From Phoronis australis (Eukaryota; Animalia; Phoronida), in NCBI GenBank assembly GCA_002633005.1, contig NMRA01000066.1, forward strand, positions 568,940 through 632,939: DNA of 64,000 nucleotides, given 5' to 3'. Of this stretch, positions 38,501 to 48,328 are shown in pieces (the stretch's first letter is position 1; every line of letters starts with the position of its first letter). Made by a program: the position numbers and the translations under genes. Below the pieces are notes generated by a model. It was not told where the DNA came from and ran no database searches. It worked only from the letters and a program-made list of their open reading frames with translations.

Positions 38501-41500
38501 TTAGCAGAAATTTATTATTCCCCTGTACTGCCACTAACAATGTTCTGCTCAGAACTCAGTAGAGAAACTTCAGTTCATGTACCTATGGTTTCCAGATCTA
38601 CTCGCGCAACATGACTCGTCTTACTGGGGTTGGGCTTAAAGCTGATCCAAGCACCGGATCAACCATAACGAAATTTAGACTCAAGTACAGTCTAAATGGT
38701 GTCCAGTGGCATGACATCAAACCAGAAAACTCAACAGATGAATATAAGGTAAGGTTTAGAGGAAAAACTCAGCGTTCAGTGCCAGAAGTCGGTAATTCTG
38801 AAACTTCATTTGGAACACCAAATACAGACCTTAGCGACACCACGCGACCGGTCTTAAACACAAACATTTCACGTGAAATATGCAACCATAACCTTCTTTC
38901 AATGCAAATTCCACATGCGCTTCAGCAAAATAAAACTATTTAACAATCTCTTCAAGTACCAGTTAAATGTATGAGCTCGGTATTATCATATCCCTATCTT
39001 AATATTTTCTAGGTAGTAATGGTAAAACGTATTTCTGAATCACAATTCAAAGGTTGATTTCAACAGGATTTGAACGACGCGAAAGTGAAATTTGTTGAGG
39101 TTAGGAAAGGTTTGAAATTTCCGCGGGATATACAAGTGGACTTGGCAAGCGTAATGGTGTAAATTGTACATGTTGAAAACATTAAATTTTATTACAGGAG
39201 TTTGCGATAGATTTTGGCACTCACAACCAAACAGGTATCGAAACACTTTACAACAGTACCGGTAACGTCAGTATTCCGTACAACGAAACCAAGGTGACGA
39301 GCTACCCAGTCGACGTCGAGGATGGCTACTTCATCCCTCTTCTTGCATTGGCTACAGATGCGCATTATTTCCGTTTCATTCCTTTGGAAAATTCCTTGGG
39401 TGACTACGTCATGACAGCACGATTAGAACTGTACGGTTGTAAGGTGAAACCACACTTGTCCCTCACAGGTACGTTATTACCTAGTCGAAAATTTAAAATG
39501 CAAGCGTCCATAATTTGAAAGGAAATGAGAAAATAAATATGTTTTATACATGTATATGTTCAGTGCGGATATCCTGCCAACATCTTTTGATATTTTGCTT
39601 ACGGTGGGAGTTCGTGATTTTAAGAAGAAAGTCAAGACCGATGCGTATCCCCAATTTTGTGCGTTGTGATAATCAAATTCTTATCAAGGGCCACAAAAGA
39701 ATTTCCGCGGAGCCGAATTCTTAACTTCCTCGAAAGAACACTTACCGCACAAGAACTCTGTCCAAGTGTAAAGAACCCAGTAAGACAGTCAAGGGTAAAG
39801 GAGATACTGTCTGCGTGGTATGAAATCTTGCGCTGCACAATGTTTTTGAAGGGTGAAAAGGGTTCCAATCCGGCGTAAGTGTTCAGGACCAGATGTTAAA
39901 CCTTGATCACTGCCCCTGCCAGCATTGGATAGGCGTTAGTAATGTGTGGTAAATCCTTCAACAAAGCATTAATTGTGTTTAATGATTGGCAATTTTGTTA
40001 AAGAGATCGTCCATTGTTATGTTTGAGTTTTGTTTTTAGACGAATGTCCCACATCTGGATTGTCGTCAGCCCCAACATTTCCGTCTTCTCGCAGCTTCTT
40101 GGCAACAGAAGTGGACGGTGGAGAGCTGTTTGTCTGCACTATACCAATGGTCAAGTAAGGCATTTTTATGTATCTGTATATGTATGTATCATTATTTCTT
40201 AAGCATTTTATTTCTGGACTGAGGTGAATTTGGTTCTTGACAATTTTCGTGTTTATAAAAAGCATATGCGCAGTATTTCCCTATTGTTTACAGGTCTGAA
40301 TGATTCATTCGGAAAATAATCTAAGGTTGAAACTGAGACAAGCGTATGTTGCTCTCAAGTGAACTTTTCTGAAGAGCCTGTTTAAGAAGTTCCTTACGTA
40401 GATAAAGATTGTTCAGCACCAATAGTCGTGTAACCTCATTTGTTGTTCTTAAAGTTGTAGTAGTGTGTATAATTCTCTCATTCCAGCTCGAAATCGCCTA
40501 GGTGCTCAAAGTCCGAAGATTTGGGAGCAACGTGGACGCGTAAGATACTTAATTAAACTGTCACTGATTAAGGAGAGCCCAGTGCCCATGTTGTTAAAGG
40601 CGCTGGTGTCAGCACGAATACAATTGCCTGCTTTACAATGATGAATTAAATAACCAATAGGATACGAGTTTAGTGACTTGTGCATTTGCACCTGCAGAAG
40701 AAGGGAAACTGCTTGATACATGTGTTGCATTGTGGGTAAAAACCTTAGAGAGACAGTTGTTCTGACCGTTTCGGGAAGAACCTATTAGAGTGCCTTCAGA
40801 CGCCCATCCGGCCGGTGTCTTGTAGCGTGGGTGATTAATTCAAATTTCCGGTTTTAAAAAAGCGATTTTAAAGCTTAGAAAAGCACGTCATCAAGAGTAG
40901 TATTAATATTGTTGTTATTACTAATATTATTGACATTACTGTTGTTGTTACTGGTAAAGTCAACAACTGTACATCATTATTAATATGTATTTGAAATGCA
41001 TGTCCTCACGAAATAACATACTAATCGAAAGCCGCGAATGTCTCTCCTTAATCTCGCTTTACAGTTTCGTGTTGTTTTATACGGGTTCCAAGAAAAATTT
41101 CGATCCAACCACTTAGTCAAAAACCAGAAAGGACAAAATGAAAACACGGAAGAGGTTTCAAAAAGACAATCGCAATAAGTGGTCTTTTAATTTATTTTGG
41201 GTCAGTTGAATAAAACTGAAAGAATATGTGGTGATGTCATGACATTCGTTTTAAAATTTTAGTCGTACATGTATGAACAGTGTTTATGTCAGGTGACATG
41301 TGTGCCGTTCAAAGCACATTTATTTTTCCTATATTAAATCGTGCTAATGACCTGCATTTAGTGCCAGCCCTAGAATGTACCTATAACGCAACTAAATCGT
41401 TTGTTGAGAAATGAAATTTTACCAAATTTTATTTGCTTTCTTTGCAGCAATTGACACAAATATTGGTTTAGTAACGTTTTACCACAATACCACCGGAGTT

Positions 41501-44500
41501 CTGTACGGCATAAACAAAGACAACGACGGCTATATGATGAGCTACGATTTGGGCGATGAGTGGTGTACTGTATCTTCAGAGTTGTACTCTTTGGCTAAGG
41601 TTGAGGTATGTGTCGTCCATACGCTTATCCTGGGGTGCTTTTCCTAGATCGAGTTTATAGCAAGTTTGGCGAGATCACGCAAGACAACCCGAAATAATGG
41701 GAGTGAAAGGCTAGTGTTTCGCAAGGACATTGTAAACTCGACCCTTTTCCTCATACATTGAAAAAAATAGCCACCACTGAAGTGGTTGAAAGGCAGGGCT
41801 GGAATATTTTGAATTATGGAAGTTAACCGTGTGCCTGTTTGCCCGATTCCTAATCGACCTATCGCCAGGATTACTACTGACGGCTTAACTGACAAATCAG
41901 AACGTAGCATTCTTGACACACCTACGTCTGCGTTTCCAAAGCCGCCAACGTGCATTAATTTGTCTTGGACACAGCCCTAGACCTACCGGAGCTAACTGCC
42001 CACCGTGGACAAGATGAGTGTGTACTTGAGCAATAAATCTGAGTTTTTTAATCGAAGTGTTTCGTTAGAAGATTATAAAATCGTTAACAGTGCTATCGAC
42101 TTGACCTACGTAACTCGGGCAGCACGGGCAGTTACCTACTTTTCATTTGGCGGATTTTAGCAAACGGCAGAAATAAATTCGGTGAATCTTCACTGATTTT
42201 GTTCGAAATATTCTTAAATCTATGGCATCGTACTGATAATTAGACTTTAAGGTACATAACCAGCTTTGCATGAGCATATCGCATCAGTGGCCTTGTCAAT
42301 TGTCAGGTGAAGGTGAACCCCGTGTGGGGTTCTTCGGATTTTCGCTGGCTCCGAAATACTTTTCCTCGAACACTTATTTTTTCATCGTCACCTTTCCAAA
42401 TTCCCACATCATAAACATACGATTCTCTGCTGATAAGCATCGGCTGTTGTCTATGTCGAGGCGTTTTCGGTTAGTGCAAAAAACACTCCTCGATTCCACG
42501 TCGTTTTAGCGACAGTGTAGTTGCCTCTGATATCTTGTTTGTTTGTCAGGTGTCACGTACGTGACTTTACGCAAGGGGGCGGAGCTTGCAGTAGGTCAAT
42601 TCTCCCAGCGATTGTATTCCGGAACTCTCGCTGGTTCCGTGCGTGTAGAGATCACACGCAGGTACCATTCAACGGTTGATGTAACCTCGGCATTCTTTGG
42701 TTAGCTTTACACTAAAGTGAGAAAATGGCAGACTAGGGACGATTTTTAGCCTTGTCATGCAAGTGGCGTAGCAACTACATGTATTTCGTTTCTGCTGTAA
42801 TGTTTAATAGCCGCGTGCTTGAAGCACTGTACATGTACAATGAACACACATCTGGCCGATTTAACTGGTGTGTTATTCATACTGTACGAATACAGGGCAG
42901 CAACTTAAACAAAAGTCAGCGACAGTAGAAACATGCACTCCGAAAAGACGCAACCACAATTTACTGGGATTCTCATTTCTTGAACATGCATTTTAAGCAA
43001 CATGCATTTTAAGTACGGATTTGTCTGTATAACAGACCACATTTACGTTTCCTCCATCAGTTATGCCAATTTTATTTTGGTAAAGCGCTATCTGCTTAGA
43101 ATTCGACATTCCAATCAGAAACGCCGGGGTAAAAAAAATTCCCGAGGAAAATTAAATGATACCTGCGTGCTATTCACCACCTTGCGGCACGCAGGGAACC
43201 AGCGAGTCTGATCAAACGCGCCTTGAATACACGGGGACTGATCCATCAGGTGTCTTAGCCGGTTGACCCGGCTGAACCGGCAGAGTGAATCAAGAGACTG
43301 AACATAGGGAATTATCACTAAATGGTTTTTGTATTTGAAGGTATCGTTAAATGTGTCTCTTGTTTTGTGTAATAAATGCCACGACCTAAACCTTACAGCG
43401 TAACGAACCATGCTTTTTAGGAACAAGAATACTGTCACGTCTCATTGTTGCTGGCATTACGTTGTACAAGCTCGGTTCATTTAAAGCTCTGTTCGGCAAC
43501 GCCCTGTTGTTGTTAGTTTCTGTTTCTGTTTACCATGGTCTAATTTCCGAATCAGGGCCCTGAATCCGTCGAATTTGGGACCGAATATCGCCTTAACTCC
43601 CTCTGAAAAAATTGAAAAATAACACGATGTTCCACCAATGGGGCCCAAAAATTCCTCTCAAGTGATTGAAAAGCTCCCCTCCTGGTTCGAATCACTTGTA
43701 ACTGATATAGGTGACAATTTGAGAGAGTGCAAAATGTTGGTTTGGCTACTTGAGGCAGAGGTTTTGCAACAGGTGGGTGGTGCGATTGATAGTGATCGGG
43801 AGGTGGAATTCCCCTTCATCCCAAACAAGTTCCCCCCTCAAAAGGGAGGGCCCGGCGAATATAGATTCAACTCAGACTATTCTCGAAATCCTTTTGTCAG
43901 TGGAATTTTGTCGCGGTAGTAGTCTAAAGATGGCGCTACGCGAAACTTGAATGTTCACTACTATTGAGTGCCATTATTGACCATTTGCAGGCACAGTCCA
44001 ACTATGTCGATTTCCCGTTCAACACTGCAGAGACGGATCCGTCTGCTCTGTTCAACACCTATACCGTCCAACTACCTCGCTTACAATCCTCTGTGGGCGG
44101 TAAGTTGACTAGTGTATCGTGCCTCATTCACATTGCTTATACATTCTGTGTTCGATTTAAACATAGTTATTAGCAATTTGCGACCATAATTACTATATTC
44201 TCAATATGCACGTTTACATGTTGTGGAGGCTGCTGCTGTACGTTGGAAGGATATTAATCCCTGGTGGTTTAGTTGTCAGGTACTTCCAATGTAAGATAGA
44301 ACTATATTGTGGAGTGAATTACAGATTCGTAAAGTGCATTCTGTGATTCGAGATTAGTGGTCTGCGTAGTCACCCAATGCGTTAGTGACGACTGCAGCTT
44401 TTACGTATATTGAGTTTTGAAACTTACTCCAAACTTTTGAGGATTCACTATCAAGCTGTAAAAAGTATGGGCCAATCGTTAGAAAACAAGGGATGCGTTA

Positions 44501-45055
44501 ACTGAGGCTAGTCAATTTCGAGTTAGGCGAGATCAGAGAATGCAGTGCGGCCTAGTGTGATAGGCCTATCCGCTTTCTTCATTCGAGGTCGTGGCTTCGA
44601 GTCTCACTGGGCTACTCTGCGAAACCCTTGAGTCATGTTTCTAGTTCCTCAGGCTGGTTTTAACTATACATGTATTATAATATTAAAAAGTACGGAAATG
44701 GTTCCAAGTGATCAATACAATGGGCCAACATGCGCGACGCGCGTACGTTTTTTACAACGAGAACCAGACCACCTGCAATATTTTTTATTAGGCGAGATCG
44801 CCAAGCTTAGCAAGGCACACGATTGTAGTCGCTTTTAGTGTCGAATAGCTTGCGTTAAGTAGGAGACGCAAAGTTCACAACGATCTTCTTATCGTCAGAT
44901 AATGAACATAAAAGGACACGAAATGTCATTTGTTAATGGTTTAAAGTTAAAGCGCTTTTTCCTTTGCAGTTAACTGGAACGGAGTATTTGTCATCCCAGC
45001 CAACACTGCGTTCAACACCAGCGCCACCCCAGTGGCTGTATGGGGCGAAGTTTAA
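8503..45055 (+). CDS. Gene 1: complete 29-exon gene for a ~1893-aa secreted glycoprotein (SP - EGF - cadherin-like - dibasic sites - 7 beta-rich repeats - extra beta domain - F5/8 type C - Asp-box C-terminus)
   Basis: Exons joined by hand: 8503-8560, 18248-18355, 18850-19286, 20327-20467, 20834-20989, 21694-21918, 22122-22305, 22862-22963, 24742-24929, 25365-25598, 25848-26090, 26369-26615, 29030-29295, 30141-30429, 31064-31260, 31862-32209, 34012-34155, 34348-34669, 35625-35886, 36485-36665, 37167-37398, 37780-37952, 38596-38748, 39198-39468, 40040-40154, 40487-40539, 41448-41605, 43991-44099, 44970-45055. All introns are GT-AG with matching phases; total 5682 nt, no internal stop, ends TAA. 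Exons 1-10 are independently supported by the paralog at 51138-62717. Confidence 0.88.
8972..9207. mobile_element. Degenerate small MITE
   Basis: GGTCTCAAATTATTC (8986) is inverted at GAATAATTTGAGACC (9182). Confidence 0.5.
11791..11890. repeat. (CA)n / (CATA)n microsatellite
   Basis: Seen directly in the sequence. Confidence 0.95.
12137..12290 (+). mobile_element. ~150-bp MITE family (GTTCAGTAACGCTAGGA TIR), copy 1
   Basis: Highly similar to 45608-45760 and to the reverse complement of 33020-33171. Confidence 0.8.
12615..15657 (+). mobile_element. Decayed non-LTR retrotransposon (APE endonuclease + reverse transcriptase ORF2) in gene 1 intron 1
   Basis: Broken-frame motifs in order: WNVNGW, DIVSLNKTH, SGEVCLLIK, ICG..NARI, DHS (APE); RGISLLS, DEQNGF..QRSC..HL, FTAFIDMKK.FD, QGDTLSP.LF (RT); IETGRF and IEDELH (C-terminal). 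Many stops and frameshifts; the YADD region appears deleted. Confidence 0.9.
18248..18355 (+). CDS. Gene 1 exon 2: EGF-like domain
   Basis: CQECVNGKCEESGKCICDDCWKGDLC; 108 nt, phase 1-1, same size as gene 2 exon 2. Confidence 0.9.
18850..19286 (+). CDS. Gene 1 exon 3: cadherin-like domain, linker and dibasic cleavage sites
   Basis: APEF..Y.V, V.Y and F.VD..SG.I cadherin-repeat hallmarks; ends HNIKKRSIHHVSKRAI|GTAAGT. Confidence 0.88.
20327..20467 (+). CDS. Gene 1 exon 4 (repeat 1)
   Basis: TTTCAG|TGNGLPTE...ETSLK|GTAAGC; 37/47 aa identical to gene 2 exon 4. Confidence 0.92.
20834..20989 (+). CDS. Gene 1 exon 5 (repeat 1)
   Basis: AELFAAVSNDTSRT...EYSSYHNNGR|GTAAGC; 156 nt as in gene 2; absent from the ORF track. 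Confidence 0.9.
21022..21250 (+). mobile_element. tRNA-derived SINE, copy 1
   Basis: A-box-like GGCCTGGTTGATAAG, B-box GGTTCGAGTCC (21075); body homologous to 44540-44780. Confidence 0.75.
21694..21918 (+). CDS. Gene 1 exon 6 (repeat 1)
   Basis: NDMATVNFGTINN...PVVDSF|GTACGA; 225 nt as in gene 2. Confidence 0.9.
22122..22305 (+). CDS. Gene 1 exon 7 (repeat 2)
   Basis: DSGVTPVF...MSVCSLSIKSL(G)|GTAGGT; 184 nt as in gene 2. Confidence 0.9.
22862..22963 (+). CDS. Gene 1 exon 8 (repeat 2)
   Basis: QSFKHYNEETI...FGYIVNT(G)|GTAAGT; 102 nt as in gene 2. Confidence 0.9.
24742..24929 (+). CDS. Gene 1 exon 9 (repeat 2)
   Basis: FRTGGATSDDNTIELAIVAMV...EKNLQPL|GTATGC; homologous to 61490-61680. Confidence 0.9.
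25365..25598 (+). CDS. Gene 1 exon 10 (repeat 3)
   Basis: ATSPVFNF...HVGYNYKC...SSE|GTACAG; homologous to 62478-62717. Confidence 0.9.
25848..26090 (+). CDS. Gene 1 exon 11 (repeat 3)
   Basis: TTTCCAG|SGVEGENDYGVLDLGTVYNSG...NSTNSST|GTAAGG; open, phase 0-0. Confidence 0.85.
26369..26615 (+). CDS. Gene 1 exon 12 (repeat 4)
   Basis: DPTFEMK...QLCRVAVIKQGRNI...STL|GTATGA, phase 0-1. Confidence 0.82.
27493..28436 (+). mobile_element. MITE with CAGTGGCGGATCTAG / CTAAATCCGCCTATG termini and 5-bp TSD
   Basis: TIRs flanked on both sides by TAAAA; poly-G subterminal tracts; same ends as 30627-30728. Confidence 0.8.
28517..28955. mobile_element. Degenerate inverted-repeat MITE
   Basis: GGAAATAATGGTGT...ATTCCAAGAATCCCAGAG pairs with CTTTGGGATTCCTGGAAT...ACACCATTACTTCC. 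Confidence 0.55.
29030..29295 (+). CDS. Gene 1 exon 13 (repeat 4)
   Basis: Long polypyrimidine acceptor; TDRILLDMSGISNLG...DNMLTVEILV...DDWSDA|GTAAGT. Confidence 0.85.
30141..30429 (+). CDS. Gene 1 exon 14 (repeat 5)
   Basis: VEEPEVSL...SVCLVERVSQGPNIAPC...NDMASLKIRGLTNI(G)|GTGAGT. Confidence 0.87.
30627..30728 (-). mobile_element. 102-bp internal-deletion derivative of the 27493-28436 MITE
   Basis: CATAGGCGGATTTAGGGG...CCCTTGTGATATCCTAGATCCGCCACTG; flanks TTACC/TTATC. Confidence 0.8.
31064..31260 (+). CDS. Gene 1 exon 15 (repeat 5)
   Basis: LDRLNATNKADNRFRTRVVI...LQLPAQ|GTATAC, phase 1-0. Confidence 0.82.
31862..32209 (+). CDS. Gene 1 exon 16 (repeat 6)
   Basis: SSVPVVNF...ISRGFNCPC...YDTAEMEFRIANVG...KDNV|GTGAGA. 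Confidence 0.87.
32387..32621 (+). mobile_element. ~240-bp MITE family, copy 2
   Basis: Shares GCAAAAAGGTCCGCCT.AGAGAAACAAA and CAAAAATTCGAGCCC..CATTTTTTAGGCTGG with copy 1; ends GGGTGCGCGCATG. Confidence 0.75.
33020..33171 (-). mobile_element. ~150-bp MITE family, copy 2
   Basis: Perfect TIR CGTTCAGTAACGCTAGGA / TCCTAGCGTTACTGAACG. Confidence 0.8.
34012..34155 (+). CDS. Gene 1 exon 17 (repeat 6)
   Basis: TTTCAG|LTMEIVVGAPDG...VLTNVIQ|GTAGGA; continues the DN.l.i.vv repeat motif; absent from the ORF track. Confidence 0.83.
34348..34669 (+). CDS. Gene 1 exon 18 (repeat 7)
   Basis: NPASSSVNV...IGVNI...VDIGLVTNT(G)|GTAAGT. Confidence 0.85.
35625..35886 (+). CDS. Gene 1 exon 19 (repeat 7 and linker)
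   Basis: TTRRYTF...EDDIVQLKMTVMCDD...EIGP; the donor is either 35886 (GA|GTACGT) or 35890 (TAC|GTATGT). Confidence 0.8.
35950..36105. mobile_element. Related MITE (CAGGGGCGGAT...ATCCGCCCCTG)
   Basis: 11-bp perfect TIR; flanks ATTTG/CTTTG. Confidence 0.7.
36485..36665 (+). CDS. Gene 1 exon 20 (additional beta domain)
   Basis: DQMRYCTHFNHTNTSSAHAFNVALHVMLP...VVFK|GTAAAG. Confidence 0.82.
37167..37398 (+). CDS. Gene 1 exon 21
   Basis: YAHMRFSDNLTVCFNFTIDP...EYYVA|GTATGA, phase 0-1. Confidence 0.83.
37780..37952 (+). CDS. Gene 1 exon 22: N-terminal part of F5/8 type C (discoidin) domain
   Basis: CTTTTTCAG|ECFDEIGIRSGALQSCQAFAS...SAWKTP...DFIE|GTAAGT; fits the C..LG..SG.I...QI.AS...AW pattern; absent from the ORF track. 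Confidence 0.85.
38317..38455 (-). repeat. Short interspersed repeat, with an inverted homolog at ~48100-48200
   Basis: GTCTTGCGTGATCT, GATCACGTGCT and GCGGAACGCA blocks match the reverse complement of 48100-48200. Confidence 0.55.
38596..38748 (+). CDS. Gene 1 exon 23: F5/8 type C core
   Basis: IYSRNMTRLTGVGLKA...ITKFRLKYSLNGVQW...EYK|GTAAGG. Confidence 0.9.
39198..39468 (+). CDS. Gene 1 exon 24: F5/8 type C C-terminal part
   Basis: AHYFRFIP...ARLELYGC, the canonical discoidin end motif; donor CAG|GTACGT. Confidence 0.9.
40040..40154 (+). CDS. Gene 1 exon 25
   Basis: DECPTSGL...RSFLATEVDGGELFVCTIPMV|GTAAGG, phase 1-2. Confidence 0.8.
40487..40539 (+). CDS. Gene 1 exon 26: Asp-box 1
   Basis: SKSPRCSKSEDLGATWT|GTAAGA; 53 nt, phase 2-1, which bridges exons 25 and 27 exactly. 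Confidence 0.8.
41448..41605 (+). CDS. Gene 1 exon 27: Asp-box 2
   Basis: IDTNIGLV...LYGI...YMMSYDLGDEWCTV...KVE|GTATGT. Confidence 0.85.
43991..44099 (+). CDS. Gene 1 exon 28
   Basis: TTTGCAG|AQSNYVDFPF...SSVG|GTAAGT, phase 0-1. Confidence 0.75.
44540..44780 (+). mobile_element. tRNA-derived SINE, copy 2
   Basis: Shares CCGCTTTCTTCA.TCGAGGTCGTGG.TTCGAGTC, AAACCCTTGAGTCA.GTTTCTAG and GTGATCA.T.CAATGGG.C.ACATGC with copy 1. Confidence 0.75.
44970..45055 (+). CDS. Gene 1 terminal coding exon 29
   Basis: CCTTTGCAG|(V)NWNGVFVIPANTAFNTSATPVAVWGEV-TAA. Confidence 0.75.
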
Positions 45056-45306
45056 ACGTGTTCGAAGCGAAGTGGATACGATTGCACTTGCGTTCACAGA
45101 CTTTAATAACTAACGTTGCAGGCTATTTTCTAGAACATGCTGATTCTAAAGTCGACATCATAAGACAGAGATACAAGGCAACGTACTTTGAGCCTGTTCC
45201 ATTGAAAGTGACTGACGCCTCAATTTAGATATTGGACCTGGTGCTCCGACGACGCCAGTACTGGAAAAGCTTTTGCAAAGTAAATGCTAGAATATCACAA
45301 ATTAGC

Positions 45307-45312
45307 AATAAA
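45307..45312 (+). terminator. Candidate polyadenylation signal of gene 1
   Basis: AATAAA ~250 nt after the stop; a second AATAAA at 45390-45395 is followed by T-rich sequence. Confidence 0.45.
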
Positions 45313-45607
45313 ACAAAGGTTATCTGATTAATGAACGATTTCATGCGCTTTGTACTTTGCCGAACTTATAACTAAACTATTTTTACGGAAATAAAAGCAT
45401 GGAGCATTAACCGAAACTCCTAACTTTTGTGCTTAAGTCACCTTTCATGAAACAGGCCGCTTTTTGAATTTTTTCCAAACTTAATTATTGTTTTTACTCG
45501 TTTCTTTTTGACTGGTGACTCATATTCTGTCACAACTCACGGTTTCATTTATTTTTATTAATCTATATAGCTGTACTTGATTTACTTCACCGGTTCCGCC
45601 GGGACAA

Positions 45608-45760
45608 CCATCCCCCGTTCAGTAACGCTAAGACCTCGCTAAAAAGCAAGACTTCGCGAGATTACGTGGGATATTGCCGTGTATTTTAAATGAGATCACG
45701 TGACTTTGGCTAGATTTTAGGTAGGTTCTAGCGTAGGTCTTAGCGTTTACTGAACTCACG
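45608..45760 (+). mobile_element. ~150-bp MITE family, copy 3
   Basis: Shares GACCTCGCTAAAAAGCAAGACTTCGCGAGATTACGTG with copy 1. Confidence 0.8.
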
Positions 45761-47071
45761 ACCGCTTAAGACACCAGTTTGGTTCTCGATGACGACTTCC
45801 GGCTTACAAACCAATGGGATGTCATAACGGATTGACTCAACAGAACCAGTGGAGTCAGTCAAATGCGCACAAAGTGAAGACTGTCCAAAGTCGACGGCAA
45901 AAGTAAAACTGCCGAGAAAGTTTAATGTTGCCGTCATAAGTGTGAACGGGTCTTAAGTTCATTGTTTGTTATTTCTTGATGAAAAAAAGCACCGATTATA
46001 ACATGTAAACAGTTAATTCATCATATATATTTTATGAAAATTTTAGAGTTACTCCTTTAAGTGTCTTTTTAGTGAATTTTGCTTGCTGTTGGTTTATGAA
46101 GGTACAACGATTTCGGTACTGCGCAACAAGTGGTTGGTTTGCATTGAATGTCACTAGCCCTGGAGGTTATACTCGTCAGAAATATTTCAGAAAATTCTAT
46201 TGAACAGCAGGTGAAGTGGAGATATAGTGATGTAATCTAAAGTGTTGGTCACATATGTTATCTCACAACCGTTTTGTGCTCAATCATATATTTATGTCAT
46301 TTTAAACAATAAAATGCCTTATTCTTTCACTAAGATGTTACGTTTCATAGACAACGACTGAGTTTGACTGACTTCGCCGGGTCTGATTGATTCTGGATTA
46401 CAACTTCCGGTATGTAGACCAATCAGATGTCTTTGCCGGTTGACCCGGCGGAAACAGCGAAGACAAGCAAATGCAGTCTACGATTAAAACTTACACACGC
46501 ACGCACATTCATACTGTGTGAAAAGTTACAAATTTACTTAACTACAAAGTTTTATGCCTCACAACATTTTTTGTATGAATTTAAATTTTGACTTTTTCAA
46601 AAGTAGCACGTTTTTAACTGAATGTAAATTTTTATTTCCAATATACATGCAAATCGTTAAAACCACGGATCCCTTGATGTATGTAACTTCTTTTTCTTTG
46701 CTCATGCTCCCTTTGTAATTTGCAAAGAACAATGTTAACGTGAAAAAATAACGTCGTATAAAAATTGTCGTATTGGTTGTTTCAATACATTTAGACACTT
46801 CTAACCTGTGGATTTTGACCCTGTTTTGCGAAGCACCTCTACTTCTAAGGCATTCACTACCCTTTGCAAATGCCCTTCATTGACACACAGTTGCTTGAAG
46901 ACACGACTGTACTTTGTGTTAAGACAGATTAATATATACTCGCTCGTAGCCTTTAAACAATCTCCTATCTTCAGGCGTGCAGTTATGAAGAAAAAGACCA
47001 AGAGACAAACGCACTAATGAGTTAAAAAGTAGCTAGATTTCGAAACGACATGTCTCATCATCAAAAATAGT

Positions 47072-47935
47072 TTGTTATTTATTTATTATAGTGACAAGTA
47101 CAATATTAATTTACAACAATACAATCCAGTTGATTTGTATATACCCGGCCCTTTGGGTTTAACTGTCACCTTCAATACCACGTGTATTTAAGTAGTAGGG
47201 TATAACGTCTCATTTCTTCTGAAGAAGGCTTCTTTTACAAATTTTACCAATTGGCGAGGAAACCTATGACACATAACCTGGAGTATTTCAATGTCACTCA
47301 AATAATCAAAATTTAAATTGTGAGAAGAGATTTTGGAGAAAAAATTATATCTCAGGTGCAGACAAAATGAAATGTATTTCATCTTTGATTAAATTTAGGC
47401 TACAACAAGTACAAATTCTTTCATCAGCAGCAATATTTGTAAACTGTCCTGTTTCGACTATTTGCTAAAGGCAAAGTTTCCGAACATAACTGCGCTAACA
47501 GAGATGTTTCTGATCGTGACAGATTTAAGGTAAAATATATTTTTTGTAAAAAACAAAGACTATTTGAACAAGATTTATATTCTGAGATTAGGTTTATCAA
47601 CAATTATTTCACACCAAATATTTTTGGAATATTCATAAACATTTCCTTTACAGTGATTAAATATCAAGTAGACATATCATTAAAACAACCAATTTGTTTC
47701 AAGTAAAACGTTTTGGCGTCAACAGCCCAATTATTTATGCAAATCGAGTTGTCCCATAAGAACATCTTTTTGATAAATCTGTTATCTGGCAGTCACTAAT
47801 CTATTCCACAAAGTTTTGTTTAATTCTCTGCGATTTATTGAAGGTTCCCAACCCTTATCTCCGGTATCAGCGTGATTCGGACAAAATCTATTAACAAAAT
47901 AAATGCCTAAAATGGTCCTGACCCTCACAAACTAC
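47072..47935 (-). mobile_element. 5'-truncated second copy of the same LINE family
   Basis: The reverse complement aligns by eye with ~14780-15657 (DNR..KK.FLWD, NFDYLSD, RRNE.LY, shared 3' UTR with AAACCCAAAGGG) and ends in a (TAAA)n-like tail. Confidence 0.85.
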
Positions 47936-48328
47936 GTGAACATTATTTCGAACATTGAACACTTATAAATTATGCAAAGGTTAAATTGGATAATCGATTT
48001 TCGACTGTGTCGCAACTGATATTTAGCTAATCGTTTTAAATATATACACGCAGAATTACTATACATTTTCGAATTTCTATCATGGATTAGCAACCCCCAA
48101 CCTGGCGTGCGTTCCGCAGACGCGAGAACGACGTGAAAACGCAAGATCACGCAAGACTTCACGAGACATGCATTACAAGAGAAGCACGTGATCGCACTAA
48201 CTCTCTTCGCGACGCAGAATGGTGAATGTTGGCCAAAACCCTTTTGTCTACCGACGTCACACGCATGCTGGCGCCCCCAGTGGAGGCCATGAGAACTCGT
48301 AAACCAGATTTAGCCTGACAGTATCAGT

